A stretch of DNA of 24,000 nucleotides from an uncultured Actinomycetes bacterium (GTDB lineage Bacteria > Actinomycetota > Thermoleophilia > Solirubrobacterales > Solirubrobacteraceae). Below, in pieces: positions 16,413-24,000 of this stretch. The notes beneath the pieces were generated by a model. The model was not told the origin of the DNA, did no database searches, and saw nothing but the letters and a program-made list of their open reading frames with translations. How positions within the stretch are numbered: position 1 is the first letter of the stretch; every line of letters begins with the position of its first letter. The stretch spans positions 510,472 to 534,471 of the forward strand of contig OY970366.1 in NCBI GenBank assembly GCA_963718675.1, in the 5' to 3' direction. Both the position numbers and the translations under genes were made by a program.

Positions 16413-17233
16413 CAGGCGCTCGAAGGCTGGATCTGCGCGTTGATGCGAAGACCCCAACGCTTGGTGATGTGTCCATCGCTCCGGATCGAAGGGTCGAGCT
16501 TGCCGATGCCGGCGCTCCGCCGCGACAGGCACGTCGCGACGAGGTCCGGCGCATCGATCGCAAGGGCCTCGAGGAGGTAGCCCAGCCGCTTGAACACGGT
16601 CCGGTTGCCGAGCCTGTCGGCGTAGCCGACCAGCAGCTCGTCGTCGCGCAGCTCTCCCGACAGGTAGGTGTCAAGGACGTCGGCGACGTTGCGGATGCCG
16701 CCGCCGATCGACGGGTCGTCGAGCATGTCGACGATCGTCTTCGTCGGATCGGACACGTCCACCCGCTCACGGCCACGCCAGACCTTGCGCGTGCCGAAGA
16801 GCGCCTCCTGCTTGCGGGTCGCGACGCGAAACTCAGTGCCCTGGAGGATCACCTGCGTGCTTCGCCGAGGCTCTGCCGAGACGACCAGCACCGAGCGGAA
16901 CAGCTGCTCGGTGAGGCTCCAGTGCTCGCAAGCGCTCCAACCTCCGATGTAGCACGGCGCGAACACGCGGGTGGCGACGAGCCAAGGATCGGCGCGCCAC
17001 GCCTCCGGCACGTCGGCCTCGAGTGGAACGACCGTGAACAGCCCGCGACGGACGCGGCTCAGCCAGCCCTTCGAAGCGAGGTAACCCGTGATTCGCGCCG
17101 CCTCGCGATGAGAGACCCCCAGAGCCGCCGCCGCATCCTCCGCCGTGAACGGACCCGTGAACGCGCGATGCAGCACGATCAGCCGCTCACGATTCGCGGA
17201 GCCGAGTCCCTTCACTCTTGGTACATCACGCAT
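16412..17233 (-). CDS. abiEi: AbiEi antitoxin / transcriptional regulator (type IV TA)
   Basis: 273 aa with an N-terminal wHTH (FTAEDAAAALGVSHREAARITGYLASKGWLSRVRRGLF), then PCYIGGWSACEHWSLTEQ...DVSDPTKTIVDMLDDPSIGGG, typical of AbiEi/COG5340. It lies directly upstream of AbiEii. Confidence 0.85.
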   Translation of the reverse strand: MRDVPRVKGLGSANRERLIVLHRAFTGPFTAEDAAAALGVSHREAARITGYLASKGWLSRVRRGLFTVVPLEADVPEAWRADPWLVATRVFAPCYIGGWSACEHWSLTEQLFRSVLVVSAEPRRSTQVILQGTEFRVATRKQEALFGTRKVWRGRERVDVSDPTKTIVDMLDDPSIGGGIRNVADVLDTYLSGELRDDELLVGYADRLGNRTVFKRLGYLLEALAIDAPDLVATCLSRRSAGIGKLDPSIRSDGHITKRWGLRINAQIQPSSA

Positions 17234-17343
17234 ACGCTAAACAGTTCTGCGGAAGGCTTGGTGCAGGAAGGCTGTACCACTACGGTACATCACATACAGC
17301 AGAACTTGTAATATTACATAGATCTCTACAGCCTTGATGTACC
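17220..17343. promoter_or_regulatory. AT-rich abiE-1 promoter/operator region with nested repeats
   Basis: GGTACATCAC occurs at 17220-17229 and 17284-17293, with an inverted GATGTACC at 17336-17343. Inverted repeats: AAGGCTGTA (17268-17276) / TACAGCCTT (17327-17335), and AGTTCTGC (17243-17250) / GCAGAACT (17299-17306). There is a perfect 12-bp palindrome TGTAATATTACA (17307-17318). Confidence 0.5.
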
Positions 17344-17469
17344 GGTTGGAGCGTGTCGCCTTGGTCGGGTCAGGTCAGTGCTCCCAACACCGCGAGCTGG
17401 CGCGAGTGGGCCGACAGGAGAACGAGGAGCGCGAGCGGATCCAACAACAGCCCGCCGAACAAGGTGGGG

Positions 17470-17493
17470 CCATAGCGGGGGCGGGTTTTGAAC
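17470..17493 (-). repeat. tRNA-Met 3'-end-like direct repeat, copy 1 (att-like)
   Basis: CCATAGCGGGGGCGGG (17470-17485) is identical to 19494-19509 and 21667-21682. The next 8 nt (TTTTGAAC) resemble the T-loop part of copy 2 (ATTCGAAC). Confidence 0.6.
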
Positions 17494-17562
17494 AGACATC
17501 AGCGACGGTGCCGTGCGCGTACCGGATCGTCGAGATTCGCCGTCTCGGCCGAGAGACTCTGA

Positions 17563-17742
17563 CTACGAACGCGCTGAGCGACGAGCGCGTTGAGCCGACC
17601 GCGGCTTCGTGAGCGCGGCGATCTCCCGCTCGGCCTTGCGCGACCCCTTGGCGAAGGCCGCCTGGACGTCGGCGCGCAGCGGCGCACGATCAGCAACGAT
17701 GCGGATGCCGTGCGGGTTGCGGCTGTCAAGCGGACTCGTCAC
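17563..17742 (-). CDS. small hypothetical ORF (59 aa), possibly a gene remnant
   Basis: GTG 17742 to TAG 17563, translating VTSPLDSRNPHGIRIVADRAPLRADVQAAFAKGSRKAEREIAALTKPRS.... Third codon positions are mostly G/C. I recognise no family. It is below the 60-aa cutoff of the ORF track. Confidence 0.2.
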   Translation of the reverse strand: MTSPLDSRNPHGIRIVADRAPLRADVQAAFAKGSRKAEREIAALTKPRSAQRARRSARS

Positions 17743-17814
17743 GTCTCTGAGTGTACGCCCGCGTCACGACACGCCGGCACCGCCGACGGCGCCATTGGCT
17801 GGGGGGCCTCGGGC

Positions 17815-18610
17815 TCAGTCCTCGCACCAGACGCGGCGGACGGGATCCCACGTCGTCAGCTTCTCGTCGGCGTCGGTGACGAGCGGATCGACGAACTCGC
17901 GCACGTCAGCGAGCAGTTCGCTCCACGCCTGCGGCAACGGACGCTGATAGGCCATACGCGAGAGCATTGCCGCATACGACGCTTGACGGTCGGGCAGTGA
18001 GCGTGCGGCTCAGCGTCCAGACGTCGGCGAAGTCGCGGTCGCGGGTGTTGAGCTCACGACGACCCATCATCGTCGCGATCTTCTCGGCCAGCGTCAGCTC
18101 GGGCGGATAAGACGCCAACCGGATGCTCCCACCCAGGAGCTCGGGCAGATCGATGAGCACCGACCTGTGCGGGTCGCCGAAGGAGAAGTCAAGCGTCACG
18201 ATCGGCTTCGCGGTGGCCAGACGCGCCTGGATCTTGACCCGAACGCCGTGATACTCGGCCTGCTCGCGCATGACCTGCGTGCGGACGGTGCCGACATCGA
18301 ACACCAGGCCGTCGTCGTCGGCCAGCACGACCGTCGCGATGTCGGCGACGACCCGAGCGATGTGCCTCGGGTCGTTGGGGACCCCGACCGTCGAAAGATC
18401 GGCGTCCTTCGTCATCCGGCGTGTCGCGGTCGCAGCCATCAGCATGCCGCCCTTGAGCGTCATCGTCCTCGAATGCGGCGATGCCGCCAGGCGGCGCAGG
18501 AAGCCCTCGACGCCGTAGACGACCAAGAGCTGCCCGGTCGCGCCGCCGTAGTCGGCGCGTGCGAGCTGCTGCAGCCCCCGATAGACGTCCCGTGCGCGAT
18601 CGCTGTTCAC
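17815..18610 (-). pseudogene. abiEii: AbiEii/AbiGii nucleotidyltransferase toxin, second copy; single-nt frameshift near the C-terminus
   Basis: LKGGMLMAATATRRMTKDADLS...EYHGVRVKIQARL...VTLDFSFGDP...YPPELTLAEKIATM...NTRDRDFADVWTLSR is in one frame. The natural-looking tail SLPDRQASYAAMLSRMAYQRPLPQAWSELLADVREFVDPLV...WDPVRRVWCED* is in another. The join lies at ~17999-18010. 796 nt = 3n+1. GTG 18610 overlaps the abiEi stop (GTGA). Confidence 0.8.
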
Positions 18611-19212
18611 GCGAGGATCACCTCGAGCGCCTGCCGCATCTGCCGCTCACCCCCCAGATGACGCGCCAGAGCGCTCAGACGCAGCGGATCGGCGTCCTCA
18701 CGAGCCATGTAGCGCCGAAGCGCGGCCAACGCGACATCGCGACCGACCTGCCGCTGCATCCGCATCGCGTCGACGACGCACCGTGCAGCCGAGTAGATCC
18801 AGAACGGCTCGCCCGTCTCGGTGTGCTCGGCCTGGCGCTCGAGCGCAAACGTCTCGGCGCGGAACCGGTGCAACGTCGTCGCCGGCGTGTCGATCTTCGG
18901 CCAGTGAGCGCCGCGGGCGATCGCGAGATGGACGCTGTCCGGCAGCTCGTCGGACAGATCCCAATAGGACAGTCCCGAGCTCAAGCAGATCGTCGCGTCC
19001 GGCGCGCGCGCGGCGACCGCCGCGAACTCGGCATGCATGGAGGGATCGGCGTCAGCTCGCTGCAACACCCCCCGAGAGACGCCCACCAGCAAGCCGTCGT
19101 CGCGAAGGCGATACACCGCCTGACGCGGGATTCCGGCATCAACTGCTTCCCGGACCCGAAACGGCCGGTTGCCGAAGCGCTCCCGAATCGTGTCGAGATG
19201 CGATCGCCGCAT
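18607..19212 (-). CDS. abiEi: AbiEi antitoxin, second copy (short form)
   Basis: MRRSHLDTIRERFGNRPFRVREAVDAGIPRQAVYRLRDDGLLVGVSRGVL...ICLSSGLSYWDLSDELPDSVHLAI.... ATG 19212. The longer listed ORF (to 19497) only adds a read-through of the poly-G tract. Confidence 0.8.
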   Translation of the reverse strand: MRRSHLDTIRERFGNRPFRVREAVDAGIPRQAVYRLRDDGLLVGVSRGVLQRADADPSMHAEFAAVAARAPDATICLSSGLSYWDLSDELPDSVHLAIARGAHWPKIDTPATTLHRFRAETFALERQAEHTETGEPFWIYSAARCVVDAMRMQRQVGRDVALAALRRYMAREDADPLRLSALARHLGGERQMRQALEVILA

Positions 19213-19278
19213 GGAACATATCCTAACCCGACAGCGTGATCGTGGTGAGTTTTTGTCCTGAGAGGCTGGGCGATCCCA

Positions 19279-19313
<35 letters not shown>

Positions 19314-19442
19314 CGCAGGCTCCGCGGCCGCACGATCGCGGCATCTGAGGCTCAGCACCCCGTTCGAGACCTGACAGCTTGCGCACCCGACTTCGGCAGG
19401 GCCTTGGATGCCGCTCGACACGACCCTCACCGGCGAGCTGGC

Positions 19443-19486
19443 CTCCGAAAAAGAGAAAACCCCGACGGCCAACGGGCCGGTCGGGG
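19443..19486 (-). terminator. intrinsic terminator downstream of tRNA fragment / mrr
   Basis: The minus strand reads CCCCGACCGGCCC-GTT-GGCCGTCGGGG (an ~11-bp stem with one bulge), followed by TTTTCTCTTTTTC. Confidence 0.6.
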
Positions 19487-19496
19487 AATTCGTCCA

Positions 19497-20487
<991 letters not shown>

Positions 20488-20583
20488 CGGCGTGCACCCT
20501 ACCCGCGCGCGCTCCCGTGACGCGCATGTTCTGTGGCCTAATCCGATTGCGATTGCGCCGCCCCCAGCGCTACGCTCCCCTCC

Positions 20584-20806
20584 ATGGCCAAGCAGCCCGT
20601 CACGATCGACTTCGATCCCGACCTGCTCGAAGCGCTGCGCGCTGAGAACGCCCGGCAAGCCGGATCGTGAGCTGCTGGAGGATCTCGCGCACCGCAAGCT
20701 CGGGATGAGCGCCGTCCGCCGCATCCGATCGCGCTTCAACCTCCCCGAGGACGAGGCCATCGCCCTGGGCGTCAGAGCCGTACATGACGCCCGGCGCGAG
20801 GCGTGA
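20584..20806 (+). pseudogene. RHH/VapB-like antitoxin with single-nt frameshift
   Basis: ATG 20584 gives MAKQPVTIDFDPDLLEALRAENARQ..., which stops at 20668-20670. The next frame continues with DRELLEDLAHRKLGMSAVRRIRSRFNLPEDEAIALGVRAVHDARREA*. 223 nt = 3n+1. Confidence 0.6.
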
Positions 20807-20865
20807 CGCGACTCGTCATCGACGCCGGCGCTTGCTCGCGGACAACGCCCAGCGCTCCTTGCGCT
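20803..20865 (+). pseudogene. 5' stub of a PIN/VapC-type toxin gene
   Basis: GTG 20803 overlaps the antitoxin stop (GTGA). It encodes VTRLVIDAG..., a typical PIN N-terminal strand with the first Asp. Similarity is lost within ~20 codons, where the next promoter region begins. Confidence 0.4.
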
Positions 20866-20873
20866 ATACTGCT

Positions 20874-20885
20874 ATGTACGTACAT
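20874..20885. promoter_or_regulatory. candidate operator of the phd/yefM-relE operon
   Basis: Perfect 12-bp palindrome ATGTACGTACAT (20874-20885), preceded by TATACT (20865-20870) and followed by another GTAC and GGAGA (20902-20906) before ATG 20913. Confidence 0.4.
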
Positions 20886-20912
20886 TCAGTCGTACACGAT
20901 TCGGAGATCGCC

Positions 20913-21182
20913 ATGAGCACCGTCGGCGTGCGCGAGCTGGCCCGAAACGCCAGCGCCATCATCAACGAGCTGGACGAGACGAAGGAGCCCGCGATGATCA
21001 CGCGGCGCGGTCGCCCTGTCGCCTACATGCTCCCCGTCGACTCCGAGCAGTTCGAGGACTTCGTGCTCGCGAACGCGCCCGACTTCGTGCAAGGGATGGC
21101 CGCAGCCGACCGCGAGCTGGCACGCGGCGAGACGACCTCCCTGACTGAGGCGCGACGGCTTCTCGAAGCGGACGACCGCTGA
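20913..21182 (+). CDS. Phd/YefM-family antitoxin
   Basis: MSTVGVRELARNASAIINELDETKEPAMITRRGRPVAYMLPVD is the Phd/YefM N-terminal fold. ATG 20913 has a GGAGA Shine-Dalgarno. Confidence 0.85.
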   Translation: MSTVGVRELARNASAIINELDETKEPAMITRRGRPVAYMLPVDSEQFEDFVLANAPDFVQGMAAADRELARGETTSLTEARRLLEADDR

Positions 21183-21203
21183 CCAAGCAGCGGCGTCCGC
21201 GCG

Positions 21204-21518
21204 ATGAGCCACGTTGAGCTGTCCAAGCGCGCGCTCAAGGACCTGCGCCGCATCGACCACTCCACGCGCCGACGCCTACTCACGCTCCTCGAAGATGACC
21301 TCGCAGCCGAGCCCCAGCCACCGAACCTCGACGTCAAGCCGCTCGTCGGCCGCACACCCTGGCTGCGCCTGCGCCGCGGCGACTACCGCATCCTCTACCG
21401 ACCGCTGACCGACGCCGAGCTTCGGACGCTCCGGTCCGGCGAGGACGCCGGGTTCCTCGTAGAGCGCGTCATCGACCGCGGCGACCTCGAACGAGCGACC
21501 CCGACCCTGCCCTCATAG
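21204..21518 (+). CDS. RelE/ParE-family toxin
   Basis: MSHVELSKRALKDLRRIDHSTRRRLLTLLEDDLAAEP...LDVKPLVGRTPWLRLRRGDYRILYRP is the RelE/StbE pattern. Confidence 0.85.
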   Translation: MSHVELSKRALKDLRRIDHSTRRRLLTLLEDDLAAEPQPPNLDVKPLVGRTPWLRLRRGDYRILYRPLTDAELRTLRSGEDAGFLVERVIDRGDLERATPTLPS

Positions 21519-21577
21519 GGACACGATGACGCACCGCAACGCGCGGCGCCAGCGCATGACCGGCGGCGCCCCGCGCT

Positions 21578-21600
21578 TGGTACTCCCGACTGGTACTCCC
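21578..21600. repeat. tandem 10-nt direct repeat TGGTACTCCC x2 (possible recombinase arm-type site)
   Basis: TGGTACTCCC occurs at 21578-21587 and 21591-21600 (13-nt period), ~70 nt from att-like copy 3. Confidence 0.4.
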
Positions 21601-21629
21601 ACCCACAGCCCGCGCCGCCACACCGCCCC

Positions 21630-21660
21630 AAGAACAACAAAAGCCCCGCAAACGCGAGGC
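21630..21660 (-). terminator. intrinsic terminator adjacent to att-like repeat copy 3
   Basis: The minus strand reads GCCTCGC-GTTT-GCGGGGC (7-bp stem with one G-U pair), followed by TTTTGTTGTTCTT. Confidence 0.5.
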
Positions 21661-21666
21661 TCCTGT

Positions 21667-21682
21667 CCATAGCGGGGGCGGG
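21667..21682 (-). repeat. tRNA-Met 3'-end-like direct repeat, copy 3 (att-like)
   Basis: CCATAGCGGGGGCGGG is identical to copies 1 and 2. tRNA similarity stops after ~18 nt. Confidence 0.6.
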
Positions 21683-21949
21683 TTGTGTACGGATTTCCCC
21701 GACCGGGGCTATCGGTTCGTGGAGGTGCGGGATCTGGCGTCGTGACGGGGAGATTCGCCCGCTTCGCCGCCCGCCGGGGGGACCGGCGCCAGCCCGCCAA
21801 GACCTCCGGCACCACAGGCCCGAGTCCGACATCGGACTACATCGCCGCAAGCTGCCCATCGAGGTTGCAGGAGCGACGGGGGCAAGTCCGGACTCTGCAC
21901 CCGTGTGGTCGATCGGCATCTTCGAGGAACCTAGAACGGCGCGCCGGGG

Positions 21950-22903
21950 TCAACCCACCCCACTCGTGCAGCGAGCCTGATCGTCGCCCGACGAGCTGGC
22001 CGAGACGGGGGCGTTCCGCAGCAACGCCGACGGCAGGGCCGAGACTTGGTGCCGGACGATGTCTTCCATGTTCTTCTGTCGCTCACGGCGCGTGATTGCG
22101 TACATCCCGTTCGGCACGCCCGGCAAGATGCGGGTGGCGTAGATGCCGTCCTGCAGCTCGCGGCACTCCACAATCTTCGGTGCGGTCGCGCTCGCACCCG
22201 CGCGCGCCAGGAGTGCGTCCGCTCGCCGCTCGAGCTGGCTCTTGGTGCGAGCGACTTGGGCGTTGGCCTTGGCGATGTCAAGCACATCGAGGCATGCCGG
22301 CAGCACGGGAACACCGAGACGCAAGAGGTACTCGGAGAGCGAGAGACCAAGCGTGACGCCGATGACGATGCTCGCCATGAATGCGATGCCGGCAGCCCAT
22401 CGAAGAAGATGGGCATACGTAACGTGGTCTTGCCGTGCCCAGGTGATGATCGAGCGCTGGCAGAGCAGCACGTCGACGGGATGCCGAGCCCGGCGGGTAT
22501 CGGCGTACCAGTCGTGCAGGCCCTCCTCGCTCTGTCGCCTGGCCCAGTTGCGCACGTCCTCGGGCGCCGGGCGAGCGCCGACTGCACTCGAGTTCCAGGG
22601 CAGCTCGAACACCAAGGTGTCGAACAACTCCTGCGCGACGGCGCCGCAGCGCCGCTGTCGCTGCTCGTAGCCGTCCAGCACCGTACGGCCGAACACGAGC
22701 CATGCTGCGGCGACCGCCGACACGTACTGCTCCGTCGAGGGTTCCAGGAGCGCCAGGAGGACGCCGACGGTGCCGATCATGAGGCCGCCCCCCACGCGGA
22801 GCTGCCGCCAGCGGCGGGCGACCGCGTAGCGGCGGCGAAATGCCTTGGCGAGTCCGAGCGCTTCGGGTTCGTTCTGTCGCTCGAAGATGGACGGCGCTCT
22901 CAA
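21950..22903 (-). CDS. CBASS effector, S-4TM-type four-helix membrane protein
   Basis: The start is most likely TTG 22903, overlapping the cyclase stop (TTGA). The N-terminus is SIFERQNEPEALGLAKAFRRRYAVARRWR. There are two TM pairs (LMIGTVGVLLALL / VSAVAAAWLVFGRTV and WAAGIAFMASIVIGVTLGL / LLRLGVPVLPACLDVL) and the motif QELFDTLVFELPWN. GTG 22939 is an alternative start. Confidence 0.65.
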   Translation of the reverse strand: MRAPSIFERQNEPEALGLAKAFRRRYAVARRWRQLRVGGGLMIGTVGVLLALLEPSTEQYVSAVAAAWLVFGRTVLDGYEQRQRRCGAVAQELFDTLVFELPWNSSAVGARPAPEDVRNWARRQSEEGLHDWYADTRRARHPVDVLLCQRSIITWARQDHVTYAHLLRWAAGIAFMASIVIGVTLGLSLSEYLLRLGVPVLPACLDVLDIAKANAQVARTKSQLERRADALLARAGASATAPKIVECRELQDGIYATRILPGVPNGMYAITRRERQKNMEDIVRHQVSALPSALLRNAPVSASSSGDDQARCTSGVG

Positions 22904-23772
22904 GGTCGGGGCATCCTTGAGCCGAACAGCTTCTTCCACTCCTCGACCGCCGCGCGGTCCTGCTGGGCGTCCTCGAGTCGGACGGCCTTCTCGGCGATGC
23001 GCTGCCACTCGTTGAGCGTTTGAGCCGCGGCGCGGCGGTCGCCAGCGGACATCATCCCGTTGACCACGGGACCGATCTTGGCGGGGTCGGGCCAGTCGTC
23101 GGTGATCTGCTCGGCTGCGCTGGCCAGGAACCATGTGATCTCGTCCTGGTAGCGGCCGAACTGACGGTCGGCGTCCACCAGTCCGTGGGCCATGACCTCA
23201 AGCAGGAACGAGGGCGCGATCGGCTCGCCGAAGTGGCGGTTGATGCCCTTGATCATCTTCACGAAGGGCACAAACCGCTCGTCGCAACGGCCGTTCATCT
23301 TCGTGCTCTGCTCGTGGTGAAGCTTGGGGTTCGTCGAGATCCAACTCGAACGGTCGGCGTCAGGGATCTCCCAACCGCCTCCCTTGCGCTTGAAGGCCGG
23401 GACGACGTCGAACGACGCGACGTCGTCGTCGTCGCGGAACTTGATCGTGCAGGCGAAGCCATCCGCGATCACGTTGCTGTACTTGGCCTCAAGGACCTTG
23501 CCGAGTTCAGCGAGGACGACGGAGGGATGCTCGTCGCGAAGGCCAGCCTGGGGGCCCGAGGGATCGATCACCACGAAGATGTCGACGTCCTTGAGTTTCT
23601 TGGTCTTGGTGTTGCGCCGGTAGCTGCCGGTCAGGAAGTCGTCATCGAGCTGCCAGCTCGACCTGACCACACCGCGGATGTCGGCGTGCTTGGCGGACGC
23701 GAAGTTCTGCTCGGTGGTCGTGATCTCAAGGGCGCTCTTGCACTTGGTGAAGGCGTCGTCAACGTAGGTCAT
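22900..23772 (-). CDS. CBASS oligonucleotide cyclase (CD-NTase, SMODS family)
   Basis: The pol-beta NTase motif is GSYRRNTKTKKLKDVDIFVVI (G49-S50, D62, D64 by my count). The third acidic residue is in SFDVVPAF (D122). The SMODS-like block is WISTNPKLHHEQSTKMNGRCDERFVPFVKMIKGINRHF. Confidence 0.85.
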   Translation of the reverse strand: MTYVDDAFTKCKSALEITTTEQNFASAKHADIRGVVRSSWQLDDDFLTGSYRRNTKTKKLKDVDIFVVIDPSGPQAGLRDEHPSVVLAELGKVLEAKYSNVIADGFACTIKFRDDDDVASFDVVPAFKRKGGGWEIPDADRSSWISTNPKLHHEQSTKMNGRCDERFVPFVKMIKGINRHFGEPIAPSFLLEVMAHGLVDADRQFGRYQDEITWFLASAAEQITDDWPDPAKIGPVVNGMMSAGDRRAAAQTLNEWQRIAEKAVRLEDAQQDRAAVEEWKKLFGSRMPRP

Positions 23773-24000
23773 GGCAGGTGTTCACCGGAGGTAGCGGGTG
23801 CTTGCGCTGGCGTGTGGAGCCTCTGCGAGCGTGCCAAACGAGGTCGACCGCAGCCCGTCCGTTGAGGCGCGCGTTCCCGGGCTCCAACCAGGCTGAGGAG
23901 CGTGGGCGGTGCGGAAGGTGCAGAACAGCCGGTAGGTCGTGCCCGACGGTACCGAGCTGATCTTCGCGTGGGCGCGCGCCATCGCGGCACGCGAGTTCTC

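Noticed and set aside
17334-17612. Plus-strand 92-aa ORF starting in the abiE-1 promoter region and running across att-like copy 1.
   Set aside because: Mixed codon bias and no recognisable family, and it spans a probable recombination junction. Considered non-coding.
21700-21935. Plus-strand GGGGCTATCGGTTCG... resembles a tmRNA 5' end, and GGGGCAAGTCCGGACTCTGC resembles the RNase P GGAAAGUCCGGGCUC box.
   Set aside because: No tRNA-like 3' domain, tag reading frame or further RNase P conserved regions follow; the S-4TM gene starts at 21950 on the other strand. These are treated as chance similarity.
23773-24000. Minus-strand ORF 23782-23982, open to the window end, upstream of the CBASS cyclase.
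   Set aside because: Only the first ~30 codons show high-GC third positions, there is no recognisable family, and it is truncated by the window. It cannot be called.

Overview
Very GC-rich window with actinobacterium-like codon usage. It falls into two parts. Bases 1 to ~10.4 kb look chromosomal: a 5'-partial FtsX/MacB-type permease, a DUF2600 (YtpB-like) protein, a PadR regulator with an ABC-ATPase-like protein whose catalytic motifs are all degenerate, a crotonase, a stand-alone LigD polymerase domain, a fluoride operon (two crcB genes plus a single-chain triple DUF190 protein), a secreted collagen-like/BclA-type protein and a heliorhodopsin. From ~10.4 kb to the window end there is a dense toxin-antitoxin and defence island. 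It holds ParE/RHH, MazEF-like, GNAT-toxin/DUF1778, VapBC, two AbiE (AbiEi/AbiEii) modules, an Mrr-type restriction enzyme, Phd-YefM/RelE and a two-gene CBASS (SMODS cyclase plus S-4TM effector), interspersed with truncated or recombined TA relics. Three direct copies of a tRNA-Met 3'-end core (17470, 19494, 21667) cut the right half into ~2-kb islets, and no integrase is visible in the window. One AbiEii toxin carries a C-terminal WYL-like domain plus a C2HC zinc ribbon. A 32-nt poly-C run lies in the promoter region of the second abiE module. Six well-conserved genes, possibly seven, need a single-nucleotide frame correction. That means either real decay or assembly indels, and the sequence alone cannot decide. 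All family calls come from reading the translations and from memory of family motifs; no database search was run.
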